Shown: positions 28,545 to 39,056, counted from the first letter of the stretch. The stretch: DNA of 64,000 nt from an uncultured Ignavibacteria bacterium (GCA_963745945.1 CAVUZG010000004.1:1526711-1590710); one strand, 5' to 3'. Translations and numbers: made by a program. Notes: generated from the sequence alone by a model not told the origin.

Positions 28545-28569
28545 GCTGCCGCAGGGTAAATGCGGCAGC
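28545..28569 (+). terminator. hairpin terminator
   Basis: gctgccgca-gggtaaa-tgcggcagc, a 9-bp GC-rich stem 28 nt after the stop. The T tract is weak. Confidence 0.55.
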
Positions 28570-28673
28570 GATAATTTTCCCGTTGAATAAGATTTATCTG
28601 TCAACGTAATACCTCTCTTAATAAATCAAATCTATGAAAACTATTCACCTGCAAATTGGATTATTGTGTGCAA

Positions 28674-28935
28674 TTAAGATTTTTTCCATCAGGATTGGAA
28701 TAGCCAGTCTTCTTCCGGAAACTTCTTCTGACAAAGCCAAGCCTCTGCCATAGGCAGGGTCGAAATGACTCTGTGTGAGAGATTCTGATATTCATCAGAA
28801 TGACACTCCATTAAGATTTCTCTCCCGACCAGTCTGGAACCGAATTACCGGCAGCCAAGTCGAAATGACAAAGTGTGAGATACTGCCACTTACAGAAATG
28901 CCTTAGGCGAAAAGGTCAAAGCGACTGAGAAATCT
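28674..28935. repeat. mosaic cluster of GC-rich hairpin repeats
   Basis: It contains a 90-nt segment (28749-28838) differing at 4 positions from 26607-26696, followed by a module shared with 22712-22775. Confidence 0.85.
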
Positions 28936-29083
28936 GAAAACTTCTCTTTCCTTCCGCGGACGGCTCTCCTTCAAAATTCAATTTGCCCTTTTATCACTCC
29001 CCTTAACCTGCAGTTTAATTTTACTTACTATCCGTTTCATATATCATAAAATTGCCGGCGGAAATTCCCGGAGATAAAGGTTT

Positions 29084-31750
29084 ATGAAAATTTTACTATT
29101 AATTTGTCTTATCACTTCAGCGTCGGTATATGCAAAGTATCCCAGCCTTAAAGAAAATTCAGACACACAAATAACCGCCGTAAGATCAGTTGAAAAAATT
29201 ACTATTGATGGTAAGCTGAATGAAAAAATCTGGAAGAGACCGGGGTTTAATAAACTTATTCAGCAGGATCCCCAACAGGGTGTAATACCTTCACAGAAAT
29301 CAGAGTTCTGGACTGCATACGATGATGAAGCTTTCTACTTTGCCGCAAGATTTTATGATACAAGTCCTGATTCAATTATGGCAAGACTTGTAAGAAGAGA
29401 TTTTATATGGGGCGATCCATCGGACGGATGTGTTTTATATATTGATTCGTACCGCGATAAAAGGAACGGGTACTTTTTTTATGTATCTGCAGCAGGAGCA
29501 GTTGCGGACGGTTTAATTGAGAATGATGTAAAGCAGCCTAACGATCTCAGCTGGGATGCTGTGTGGGAAGGCGCAAGAAATATTGATGATAAAGGATGGA
29601 CAGTTGAAATGAAAATTCCCTACTCGCAGTTAAGATTTAACAAAGGCGATACACAGAAGTGGGGAATAAATGTTGAACGATTTATAAGCCGGAGATTTGA
29701 AACTGACATGGTTGTTTATACACCGAGGAATGAAAGCGGGTTCACTTCAAGATTTCCCGATCTCGTTGGTATTGAAAATATTACACCTCCCGCACAGATT
29801 GAATTTTTACCTTACATTGTGGGCAAGGCAAAGTATATCAGCTCCGATCCGAATGATCCGTTCAATTCCGGTCACGATTATTCTCCCGGTGCCGGTCTCG
29901 ATTTAAGAGCAGGACTCGGAAGCAGTCTTACACTGAATGCAACTATCAATCCTGATTTCGGACAGGTTGAAGTAGATCCCGCAGTAGTAAACTTATCGGA
30001 TGTAGAATCAACTTTTGATGAGAAGCGCCCTTTCTTTACTGAAGGAGTGAGCATTTACAGGTTCGGCCGCGGTGGAACAAATAACAATGTATCATTTAAC
30101 TGGCCGATTACCACCATCTTCTACAGCAGAAGAATCGGGAGAAATCCCCAGGGTAATTTACCGGGTTATGATTTTGCGGATATTCCCGACGGAACACATA
30201 TTCTCGGTGCGGCTAAAATTTCAGGACAGGCTTATGACAACTGGAAAGTGGGAACAATACACGCAGTTACCCGGCGCGAGTTTGCAGATATTTCATCCGG
30301 CGGAGTACGCTCAAGTATTGAAGTGGAACCGTTAACCTACTATGGTGTGCTGAGACTTCAGAGAGATTTTAATTCAGGAAAACAGGGATTCGGATTGCTC
30401 TCAACTTTTACAAACCGTTTTTTTAACAGTGCGGGATTAAACAATTCCATTAGTAAAAATGCTTTTGTTTTAGGTGGTGACGGCTGGACATTTTTAGATG
30501 AAGAAAACACTTATGTATTAACAGGCTGGGCGGCACTTTCGAATGTTACAGGATCAAGGGAAAGAATTACTGCTCTTCAGCAGAGCCCGGTTCATTATTT
30601 CCAGAGACCGGATGCATCATATATTTCTGTTGATAGTGCTGCAACTTCATTAACAGGTTACAGCGGAAGACTGATGCTGAATAAAAACCGGGGAAGATTA
30701 ACTTTTAATACTGCAGTTGGTTTTATAAGCCCGGGATTTGAAGTAAACGATCTCGGTTTCGGTTCATACAGTGATTATATAAATGCACATTTTTTTACAA
30801 GCTACAGGTGGAACGAGCCGACCGGTTTTTATCAGAATTTCGGAATAAATGCCGCTGCATATACAAGCTATGATTTCGGCGGCGATAATACTGCTCTCGG
30901 CTACTGGCTGGGCAGCTATCTTACTATGCCCGATTATACCGGGGGAGAGGTTACGGTAAATTATAATCCTTCAACACTTAATTCCCGGAGAACACGCGGC
31001 GGTCCGCTTACTGTTAACCCGGAAAGCACTTCTTTCAGTGCTGATTTTTATACAGACAGCCGTGTATGGTGGGTTTTAAATGCAGGAGGAAATGTATCTT
31101 TAAGCAAAGATGGAGATTCACATTCAATTTATTCTAATATCGAATTTAAAGTGCTTCCTACTCTTACTCTGTCACTGGGACCTGAATTTACAAGAGACAT
31201 TTCGGAAACTCAGTGGGTCGGTAACTTTAATGATTCCAGAGCGGCAGACACCTATAATAAAAGATACGTATTTGCACACCTTGATCAGACTATATTTGCA
31301 GCGAATATACGCGCCGACTGGATTCTTAGTCCGACCCTGAGTTTCCAGGTTTACCTGCAGCCGCTTATTGCATCGGGAAGATATAACAGTTTCAGGTACC
31401 TTTTAAAACCGAGCAGTTATAACTTCACTACATATGGTGAGGATGGATCAACCATAGTCCGGAACAATTCTGAAAATGGAGATATAGTTTCTTACGAACT
31501 TGATCCAGACGGACAGGGACCTGCAGAGGCACAGGTAATTAGTAATCCGGATTTTAATTATATATCACTTCGTGGTAACGCGGTACTGCGCTGGGAATAT
31601 CTGCCGGGCTCAACACTTTATCTTGTATGGACCCAGAGCAGAGAAGATATTAATCCTGACGGCACATTCCGGTTTGGAAGATCATTCAATAACCTGTTTA
31701 GCGTACGTCCAGATAATATTTTCATGCTTAAAGTGAGTTACTGGCTGTAG
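29084..31750 (+). CDS. CBM9-like / DUF5916 outer-membrane-associated protein
   Basis: 888-aa ORF with a signal peptide. The N-terminal ITIDGKLNEKIWKRP.. carbohydrate-binding family 9-like start and the long beta-rich body ending ..MLKVSYWL are typical of DUF5916 proteins as I recall them. Confidence 0.65.
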   Translation: MKILLLICLITSASVYAKYPSLKENSDTQITAVRSVEKITIDGKLNEKIWKRPGFNKLIQQDPQQGVIPSQKSEFWTAYDDEAFYFAARFYDTSPDSIMARLVRRDFIWGDPSDGCVLYIDSYRDKRNGYFFYVSAAGAVADGLIENDVKQPNDLSWDAVWEGARNIDDKGWTVEMKIPYSQLRFNKGDTQKWGINVERFISRRFETDMVVYTPRNESGFTSRFPDLVGIENITPPAQIEFLPYIVGKAKYISSDPNDPFNSGHDYSPGAGLDLRAGLGSSLTLNATINPDFGQVEVDPAVVNLSDVESTFDEKRPFFTEGVSIYRFGRGGTNNNVSFNWPITTIFYSRRIGRNPQGNLPGYDFADIPDGTHILGAAKISGQAYDNWKVGTIHAVTRREFADISSGGVRSSIEVEPLTYYGVLRLQRDFNSGKQGFGLLSTFTNRFFNSAGLNNSISKNAFVLGGDGWTFLDEENTYVLTGWAALSNVTGSRERITALQQSPVHYFQRPDASYISVDSAATSLTGYSGRLMLNKNRGRLTFNTAVGFISPGFEVNDLGFGSYSDYINAHFFTSYRWNEPTGFYQNFGINAAAYTSYDFGGDNTALGYWLGSYLTMPDYTGGEVTVNYNPSTLNSRRTRGGPLTVNPESTSFSADFYTDSRVWWVLNAGGNVSLSKDGDSHSIYSNIEFKVLPTLTLSLGPEFTRDISETQWVGNFNDSRAADTYNKRYVFAHLDQTIFAANIRADWILSPTLSFQVYLQPLIASGRYNSFRYLLKPSSYNFTTYGEDGSTIVRNNSENGDIVSYELDPDGQGPAEAQVISNPDFNYISLRGNAVLRWEYLPGSTLYLVWTQSREDINPDGTFRFGRSFNNLFSVRPDNIFMLKVSYWL

Positions 31751-31855
31751 TAAAATTGCCGGCTTACCTGATCTGGGAATTAAGGATTTTAACAATTCGC
31801 CAATCTTTCTAACTTACCGGTTAGTAAAAAAAACTATTAGCAAAAGGTAAATTAA

Positions 31856-32386
31856 ATGAAAAAGCGATTCTTCCTTCTTTCATCGTTAATTACAGTATTA
31901 GCAATATTTCTGCTTTCTATTTCTTTCTCATGCCGTGAGTATAAGAATCCGCACTCTCATAATCTTACAGGAATGTGGAAAGGAAAAGTTCAGTTCAGAA
32001 CAGGAGATTATGCACAGATTAAAGACCTGGAATTTATGCGTGTTTATAATGCAGGCGGAACTATGACTGAATCTTCAAACTACGACGGTGTGCCTCCTAC
32101 TCCTCCGGCTTACGGTATCTGGAAAAAAACGGGAACTAATAAATATGAAACGAGATATGAATTTTACTGGAATAATGTTCCGCCGGCTTACGAAGATTTA
32201 AAACTGAACGGCGGTTTTTCTCCCGGCGGTTACGGAATTCTTACAGAGAAAATTACTCTTTCAGAGGATGGAAAATCTTACACTTCAAAAATCAGCTTCA
32301 GTTCATTTGATAAAACCGGGAAGCAGATTGTTTCAGGAGATGAGGGAGATACAGAAGCTAAAAAAATGGAGTTTGATGAAAATTAG
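31856..32386 (+). CDS. hypothetical lipoprotein
   Basis: 176-aa ORF with a signal peptide and a Cys (..ISFSC). No family recognised. Confidence 0.5.
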   Translation: MKKRFFLLSSLITVLAIFLLSISFSCREYKNPHSHNLTGMWKGKVQFRTGDYAQIKDLEFMRVYNAGGTMTESSNYDGVPPTPPAYGIWKKTGTNKYETRYEFYWNNVPPAYEDLKLNGGFSPGGYGILTEKITLSEDGKSYTSKISFSSFDKTGKQIVSGDEGDTEAKKMEFDEN

Positions 32387-32463
32387 AATCTGATGATATT
32401 AATCTTTGTTTCCGGATTTGAACAGCAGGTATTTTTTATAACCAAATAATTTATTTTTTATTT

Positions 32464-32805
32464 ATGGCTTACAATCTAAAACTTGCAGACAGAGTAAGAC
32501 AGTCCCTTTCCATATTAAAAAACGTTGAAGAAAAAAAGATGATGGGCGGACTTACGTTTATGGTTAATAATAAAATGTGCGTCGGAATTTATAAAGATAA
32601 ATTAATGGCGCGCATAAGCCCGAAGGTTTATGAATCTTCGCTTGAGAAACCGGGATGCAGGAAAATGGAATTTACCGGCAGACCGCTGAAAGGTTTTGTT
32701 CTTGTGGAACCTGAAGGAATCAAAACAAAAAGAGAACTTCAATACTGGATTAACCTAGCGCTTGAATTCAATAAACATGCAAAGGCTTCAAAGAAGAAAA
32801 AATAA
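32464..32805 (+). CDS. TfoX/Sxy N-terminal-domain protein
   Basis: 113-aa ORF. The pattern LADRVRQSL....EEKKMMGGLTFMVNNKMCVGI.KD.LM.R is typical of TfoX_N. Confidence 0.7.
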   Translation: MAYNLKLADRVRQSLSILKNVEEKKMMGGLTFMVNNKMCVGIYKDKLMARISPKVYESSLEKPGCRKMEFTGRPLKGFVLVEPEGIKTKRELQYWINLALEFNKHAKASKKKK

Positions 32806-32827
32806 AACTACTCACCCGTATTAATAT

Positions 32828-33823
32828 TTAATAAACAAATTCACCTTCTTTCATTAAGAATTTTTTGTTTCCGTTTTTGTACTGTATTTCCATAGTAGGT
32901 TTGTACAAAAGATAATCTCTGTGAATGCCTGAATTATTTTTTCCTCCGCCGGGAAAATCTGCATTATTACCGAAAGCAATATGAGCTGTATGCAGTGCTT
33001 TTTCATCTTCCAGCATATTCCCGGTTATATGTGCACCGGGATTAACTCCTATACCAAGCTCACCTATAACATCCGCTTCATCATCAACATACGTAAGCTC
33101 CTTAATTCTCTTTTCAAGTTCTTTATCACTACTTTCAAACCTTGTGATTTTTCCTCTGCTAACGTGAACTTTTAGCGGCTTCTTAAGCAGACCTATGTCA
33201 CCAATGCTTGCATCAAATACAATAACACCTTCTGCTTCGGTTTCTAGAGGAGCACAATAAATTTCGCCGCAGGGAATATTGCACATTTCGCCCCCAGATA
33301 CTCCTATGTCGCCCGTAAACTTTCTGCCTGCTACCCCTAATTGAACATCAGTTCCTATAGTTGTTGTAATATGAATTTTATCAGCATTCCTCAGCTTATT
33401 AATCAGCTTTTCTGATGTTGCCTTCATCTTTCCAAAATCAACATTAACTGAGTTAAGCATCATATTTTCATTTATCCCGGGCATATGTCCCATCCTGGCA
33501 ACCGGGTTTTCTTCAACTTTGAATATCCATTTTATGCGGAAGTATATTTCCCCGGGAAAAGCTCTGATTATATTAAGCACAATTGTTTTCCCCGGCAGCA
33601 TTTTTTCAAGTCCTGAAGGAATTTCTTTTAACGGGCGCATATCATTCTTAATTTCATAAACCTCAACGGAACAATTCTTTTCAATTGAAGCTATACGAAA
33701 TGCTTCTGCAACAGAAGCGGAATCTGTATCTGTAAGTATCAGAACTTTTTCATTCAATGCAGGATTAAAAATATATTCCATTGCCCCTGAGGCTGCGGAG
33801 ATCAGCTTATTTCTGTTTTCCAT
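32828..33823 (-). CDS. M29-family (AmpS/aminopeptidase T-like) aminopeptidase
   Basis: 331-aa ORF. ..GELGIGVNP.., HIAFGNN and ..GIHRD blocks resemble thermophilic metalloprotease M29. Confidence 0.6.
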   Translation of the reverse strand: MENRNKLISAASGAMEYIFNPALNEKVLILTDTDSASVAEAFRIASIEKNCSVEVYEIKNDMRPLKEIPSGLEKMLPGKTIVLNIIRAFPGEIYFRIKWIFKVEENPVARMGHMPGINENMMLNSVNVDFGKMKATSEKLINKLRNADKIHITTTIGTDVQLGVAGRKFTGDIGVSGGEMCNIPCGEIYCAPLETEAEGVIVFDASIGDIGLLKKPLKVHVSRGKITRFESSDKELEKRIKELTYVDDEADVIGELGIGVNPGAHITGNMLEDEKALHTAHIAFGNNADFPGGGKNNSGIHRDYLLYKPTMEIQYKNGNKKFLMKEGEFVY

Positions 33824-34134
33824 TGCAGGCTCCCATAATTATTTAAAACAATTATTTATACAATAATGTATACTCAAATAACGGGCGAGATTCAACTCCG
33901 GGTGTAATTCGATACAGAAAATTTTTTGATACACTGAAAAAGATTTTTTAATTGAGAAATTTCACTGAACTTTCCTGAAGCATTGATTATAAACATTGTC
34001 CCTCCGGGTTATTTTTCCTGTTAAAATTTTTTAATAAAAGTTTAATCCCGCTTTAATTTTTAATCCGTATTTATAAATGATATATGGTTTAGCAGCTAAT
34101 TAATTTATTCGTTCACAATTAAAGAAAGAATTCT

Positions 34135-34440
34135 ATGAAAATGCTTTTGAGAGTAACCCTGCCGCATGAACCTTTTAATGCTTTGGTAAAAAAAGGTACC
34201 GTGGGAAAAACACTGGAAAAGATTATGGGAGAATTAAAGCCTGAAACCGCATTCTTTTCACTGAACAATGGTCAGAGAAGTGCACTAATGGTTGTAAATG
34301 TAACCAATGGCGGTGATTATGTTAAGTATGCTGAACCGTTCTTTCTGCAGTTCAACGCAAATATAAGTTTTGAAATTCTAATGACTCCGGAGGAATTGAA
34401 GGCTTCCGGGATTGAGGAGATAGGTAAAATATATGGTTAA
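34135..34440 (+). CDS. small conserved hypothetical protein
   Basis: 101-aa ORF. MKMLLRVTLPHEPFNALVKKG...AEPFFLQFNANISF resembles a widespread family of ~100-aa proteins of unknown function. Confidence 0.5.
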   Translation: MKMLLRVTLPHEPFNALVKKGTVGKTLEKIMGELKPETAFFSLNNGQRSALMVVNVTNGGDYVKYAEPFFLQFNANISFEILMTPEELKASGIEEIGKIYG

Positions 34441-34472
34441 TTCCCTTTAAAAACCGAATGAAGCGTGTAGGG

Positions 34473-34504
34473 ATGGCACAAACTGATTTTTAAGTTTGTG
34501 CCAT
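34473..34504 (+). terminator. rho-independent terminator
   Basis: atggcacaaact-gattttta-agtttgtgccat, a 12-bp perfect stem followed by tctcaattttt. Confidence 0.7.
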
Positions 34505-34687
34505 TCTCAATTTTTAAATAAGTACTCTCTCAACTGCGGGTCTGCAAAAACCGGTTAAATTCCGGATAGCTTGTGTTTCACAATTCATTTATCCCCTTCC
34601 GGTTTTTAATACTAAATTCATAATTATATAAAATTTTTTATATTGATGAACAGATCAATCATTCAATAATAAATTATCGAGGGAAAT

Positions 34688-35518
34688 ATGGATAGTCTTA
34701 ATACCAGTAATCTGCAAAGCTACGGGGAGAAATTCATCGGGCTTGCTTTTGAATACGGACCAAAATTGCTGCTTGCAATCCTGGTACTTGTAATAGGTCT
34801 GTGGATAATACGGTTAGTTCTGAAAGCGGCTAACAAAACTATGGAACGATCAGCCCTTGAAATTTCATTAAGAAAATTTTTAAGTAGTCTTTTCGGGATT
34901 ATATTAAAAGTTCTCCTGCTCATAAGTGTTGCCTCAATGATGGGTATCGCCACAACATCCTTTATTGCTATACTCGGCGCGGCTGGTCTTGCTGTTGGAT
35001 TAGCACTCCAGGGAGGTCTGGCAAATTTTGCAGGCGGGGTTATAATCCTGATCTTCAAACCGTTTAAAGTTGGTGACTTTATTGAGGCTCAGAGTTATTT
35101 GGGAACTGTGCATGAGATTACAATATTCACAACAATTCTTAAGACCCCGGATAATAAAACAGTTATTATTCCGAACGGCGCATTATCAAACGGAAGTATG
35201 GTTAACTTTTCCACCGAACAAAACAGGCGGGTTGATATGGTATTCGGGATAGGTTACGGTGACAGTATTGAAAAAGCAAAAAAGGTTTTAACAGATCTTG
35301 TAAATTCAGATGAAAGAGTTCTTAAAGATCCCGCTCCGCAAATAGTGGTAGGAGAATTGGGAGACAGCTCGGTAAACTTTAATGTCAGGGTCTGGTGTGA
35401 TGCTTCAAACTACTGGAGTATTTATTTTGATACGCATGAAAAAGTAAAACTGACTTTTGATGCACAAGGAATTTCCATTCCTTTCCCGCAACGAGATGTA
35501 CATATGTATAACCAGTAA
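34688..35518 (+). CDS. small-conductance mechanosensitive channel (MscS family)
   Basis: 276-aa ORF with three TM helices followed by FKPFKVGDFIE..G.V.EI.IF.T.L.T.DN..V.IPN. Confidence 0.85.
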   Translation: MDSLNTSNLQSYGEKFIGLAFEYGPKLLLAILVLVIGLWIIRLVLKAANKTMERSALEISLRKFLSSLFGIILKVLLLISVASMMGIATTSFIAILGAAGLAVGLALQGGLANFAGGVIILIFKPFKVGDFIEAQSYLGTVHEITIFTTILKTPDNKTVIIPNGALSNGSMVNFSTEQNRRVDMVFGIGYGDSIEKAKKVLTDLVNSDERVLKDPAPQIVVGELGDSSVNFNVRVWCDASNYWSIYFDTHEKVKLTFDAQGISIPFPQRDVHMYNQ

Positions 35519-35691
35519 TTTTATTGTAGGAAGATAATTCGTATTGCGCAGAGAAGTATTAAAATGATTTAACAATATAAAGTCTGAATGGATGAATGTT
35601 TGTAATTTATTTTGAAAAATGATCACATTCATCCATTCATAAATTCAGTTGTTCAGCTACACTCTACCAGGAAAACCAGCAGCCAGTTCTC

Positions 35692-36675
35692 TTACTTCTT
35701 ATTCAGAAAATCATTTATAGTTTTAATAAAAAGGTCAGGCTGATCAACAAATGTCATATGACCGCTCTGAGGAAATATAACCAGCTTTGAACCGGGAATT
35801 TTTTCGTGCATCTCTTCTGATAGTGAAGGAGCGCATTCATCATGATCCCCGCAGTTTATAAGTGTCGGGACTTTTATCGTATGAAGCTTATCAACATATT
35901 CAACTGACTTAAGATTTCCATCAATAACATACTCACCATCGGATCCCCACATCTCACGGTAAAGAGTCCATGCAAAGCCCTGGCTAACCGGATCATAGGA
36001 AGGATCGGGATTACGCTGGTAGAGGTAAGGGAAATATCCTTCACCCCATGCGGCGTTCATATATTCTGTTGTGTACCGGTTCTGTTCATAAGGAAGTCCG
36101 TGACCATATAATCCTTCCTTTTCCATTTTATTAATTCTGTCACGCAATTCGGGCGGCATATTTTCTTTTATCTTCACAAAAACGTCATTCATCTGTTTTG
36201 TGCTGGGGAATGTGCTGCATAAAATGAGGTGCGACAAATTCTCCTGGTATTTAAGAGCGTAAGCCTGTGCAAGTACTCCGCCGTATGAATGCCCAAGCAG
36301 ATTTATTTTACCAAGACCGAGAGCTTTTCTGACTGCTTCAACATCTTCAGCCATATTCTCTACTGTGTATTGAGTTGCATCATCAAGTACTCCTGATTTA
36401 CCTGAGCCTCGTTCATCAATAAAAATCAAACGGTTATGCCGCGCGAGCGGAAGCAGGTAAGGGAGGAAGTAATCGTGTGTGGCGCCGGGCCCTCCGTGAA
36501 CGATCATCAGAGGTTCACCCTTTCCAAACTCTTCGTACCATATCATCACTCCGTTCGCATCAACATACCCCTGCTGTATCTGGTATACGTTTGAAGATTT
36601 GTCCTGTGATTGCTGGCAGAATAACAAAGTTGATAAAAATATGGAAAATAAAGTAGAAATAATAAAGCGGTTCAT
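35692..36675 (-). CDS. alpha/beta hydrolase (proline iminopeptidase-like)
   Basis: HGGPG oxyanion motif and GHSYGG nucleophile elbow. The signal peptide begins at MNRFIIST (36675). The track ORF extends to 36711. Confidence 0.75.
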   Translation of the reverse strand: MNRFIISTLFSIFLSTLLFCQQSQDKSSNVYQIQQGYVDANGVMIWYEEFGKGEPLMIVHGGPGATHDYFLPYLLPLARHNRLIFIDERGSGKSGVLDDATQYTVENMAEDVEAVRKALGLGKINLLGHSYGGVLAQAYALKYQENLSHLILCSTFPSTKQMNDVFVKIKENMPPELRDRINKMEKEGLYGHGLPYEQNRYTTEYMNAAWGEGYFPYLYQRNPDPSYDPVSQGFAWTLYREMWGSDGEYVIDGNLKSVEYVDKLHTIKVPTLINCGDHDECAPSLSEEMHEKIPGSKLVIFPQSGHMTFVDQPDLFIKTINDFLNKK

Positions 36676-36848
36676 CTTTTTACTCCCGTAATTTTTAGAA
36701 AGCTTTAACAAACTTACGAAGGATATGTGAGTTAATACAAAGGCTTTGATGTATAATCAATTAGTGTTTTACTCTTATTAAAATTTAGTTATGTTATGAA
36801 AGATAATTGCGGGATAAATTTTTTCTTTAAACTGAAATAAAGGAAAAG

Positions 36849-37076
36849 ATGAGCAAAAATTGGTTTGTGCGAAAAGGAATTTTCTTTTTTCCCGTCTCAA
36901 TGACCGGGTGGTTAATTGCAGCCGGAGCCCTGGTATATTGTATTTATATCTTTATTGATATAGACAGCAGCTCACATTCAGCCAGCGATACACTAAGAAA
37001 CTTTTTCTTTATGGCTTTAATTGCAGGAGCTGTCTATTCTATTATTGCTTTTTTTACAAGTAATGAGATAAAATGA
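36849..37076 (+). CDS. small two-TM membrane protein
   Basis: 75-aa ORF with two hydrophobic helices. No family recognised. Confidence 0.4.
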   Translation: MSKNWFVRKGIFFFPVSMTGWLIAAGALVYCIYIFIDIDSSSHSASDTLRNFFFMALIAGAVYSIIAFFTSNEIK

Positions 37077-37077
37077 T

Positions 37078-37112
37078 ATCTGCCTGCAATCTTAAAATTG
37101 AAGCAGGCAGAT
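37078..37112. terminator. bidirectional hairpin between convergent genes
   Basis: atctgcctgc-(15 nt)-gcaggcagat, a 10-bp stem located between the stops at 37076 (+) and 37135 (-). Confidence 0.6.
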
Positions 37113-37134
37113 TAATTTTTAGAAAAAGATTTTT

Positions 37135-37698
37135 CTACATTACCGGCCACAGCCATCCGAAAATACCTGCTGTGAACAGCGCATAAATTAACCCATCGAA
37201 CATAGATTTAAAAGTTGCGCCCCAGCTTTTCATATACCAGATGCTGTCCTGCATAAGTGCAAGACTATAACCAGCAAATGAAACGGCACCGACAAACCGG
37301 AACACTGAAAGATAATCAGATCCCGCCTGAACTGCGTGACCCGTAATGTATGCTGAAAAAATGCCGATGATAAGGCAATAGATGAACCATAAAACCAGGC
37401 TCTTACCCATTTTCATTTCACCTGAGGGAAAAACCGTTGTAATAAGAACCGGACCTTTGTTCATTTTCTCCTGGAATTGTTCCGATTTTCTTTCTTTGGG
37501 ATCGTCACAGAAAGGAAGCATATAATCCCCAGTCGGAATATTATACTTCCTGAGATCATTCATTATCTCATCTTCGGAAGGAAGTTTTTTGAAATCGGAA
37601 TTATGGTAAGTAAAAAGCATGTGCAGAAGAGAACTAATAACAAAAACGGCAACGGCAGAAAGTAGTATCGGCAGCCAGAGCGAAACAATGGAAACCAT
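37135..37698 (-). CDS. integral membrane protein, unknown function
   Basis: 187-aa ORF with about four predicted TM helices. Confidence 0.5.
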   Translation of the reverse strand: MVSIVSLWLPILLSAVAVFVISSLLHMLFTYHNSDFKKLPSEDEIMNDLRKYNIPTGDYMLPFCDDPKERKSEQFQEKMNKGPVLITTVFPSGEMKMGKSLVLWFIYCLIIGIFSAYITGHAVQAGSDYLSVFRFVGAVSFAGYSLALMQDSIWYMKSWGATFKSMFDGLIYALFTAGIFGWLWPVM

Positions 37699-37784
37699 AT
37701 TATTTCCTCCAGTAATTTTTAAATAGTGTGAATTTTTACCTGTGTGACAAGATAGTGAAGTTTGAACGACAACCGCAATAAAAA

Positions 37785-39056
37785 TTATTTAATTCCGAAA
37801 AAATAAACCAGTACATCTGATTCACTCTCTCTCCAGTTCCCCCACTGATGACCGCCGTTGTATATATGAAATGAATGACGAATATTTAATTTGTTCATTT
37901 CATTATCCAGTTTCTGATTTGCTGATAAAAACGTATGCCCTTCAATTGTTCCGCCAGCCAGGTCATAAACTCCAGCTTCAAAGCTAAAATTCATCTTCTT
38001 CAGATCTGAATTGCTATTGGATGCATCTTCAAGAACATCCAGAAGTTTATCTGAAATTGTTGGTGATTGTCCGGCAGCGTTAAGAAATTTATCAGTTCTT
38101 TTAAGCGGAACAAGAAGAGAAACATGTGCACCTGCGGAAATTCCCATTGCAACACGATTCTCAGCCAGCATTGATGTCTTATAATTTTTATCTATGTAAG
38201 GAACAAGCTCATCACATATAAAAGATATATATGGATCTGTTTCGTTCAGATAATAATTCACATCGCCGTCAACAAACTGAATGAACACCGCAATAACCGG
38301 ACGGATTTTCTTTTCAGCTATAAGGTTATCTAATATGTTCACGAAAGAACAATACTTTATTGCTTCAAGTCCATCACTGTAATACAAAGATGGAAGACCT
38401 GACAACGAATCATAACCAGAGGGTTTATAAATCTTTATTAATCTTGTTTTCCCGGAATCGATTTTACTTTTGAATAACAGGCTGTCTGTTGTTCCATGAA
38501 AAATATTTTCATTATAATTCCTCACAGGATCTGGTTTGAACAACGGCATTGCCAGTTGTGAATGAGGTCCGAATCCACTCGGTGTTATCTCAGGGTTACG
38601 CGGATCAGTCATTGCATTATTATTTATACTAAACAAATAATCAACCCGTGTATCGGGAGGAAGAGAATAGATTTTGTAAAAGAAATTCTCCTTACCGCAA
38701 GGTATTTTTTCAAGTGTGTCAGGAGTTGACCAGCCTGATTGAATATCGCCGTTGACCAAAACCACGGAATCCGCTCCCACGTAGTAAATAATAGCTAAAT
38801 CACTGTCTTCAATTATCGGGGATATTGGGTGAGCTGCTATAAGGTTCTGGAGAAAGTCAGAGCGCTCAATTAAGGGGAGCTGCTTCAGTGAATCAATAAA
38901 TCTTACGGTAATGCTTTTTTCAAGTCGTGATTCTGATGGTACAGTTGAGGGAACCTGTACAGATTTTATGCTATCTTCGCAGCAGGTCAGCAGCGGAAGG
39001 AAAATAAGAATTGAAAAGAATAAATATCTCTCCCCCGCTTTCATTTTTAACCTCAT
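37785..39056 (-). CDS. putative esterase (enterochelin-esterase-like alpha/beta hydrolase) lipoprotein
   Basis: 423-aa ORF with lipobox-like LLTC. The C-terminal half has ..VAMGISAGA.. (GxSxG-like) and ..HIYNGGHQW. Confidence 0.6.
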   Translation of the reverse strand: MRLKMKAGERYLFFSILIFLPLLTCCEDSIKSVQVPSTVPSESRLEKSITVRFIDSLKQLPLIERSDFLQNLIAAHPISPIIEDSDLAIIYYVGADSVVLVNGDIQSGWSTPDTLEKIPCGKENFFYKIYSLPPDTRVDYLFSINNNAMTDPRNPEITPSGFGPHSQLAMPLFKPDPVRNYNENIFHGTTDSLLFKSKIDSGKTRLIKIYKPSGYDSLSGLPSLYYSDGLEAIKYCSFVNILDNLIAEKKIRPVIAVFIQFVDGDVNYYLNETDPYISFICDELVPYIDKNYKTSMLAENRVAMGISAGAHVSLLVPLKRTDKFLNAAGQSPTISDKLLDVLEDASNSNSDLKKMNFSFEAGVYDLAGGTIEGHTFLSANQKLDNEMNKLNIRHSFHIYNGGHQWGNWRESESDVLVYFFGIK

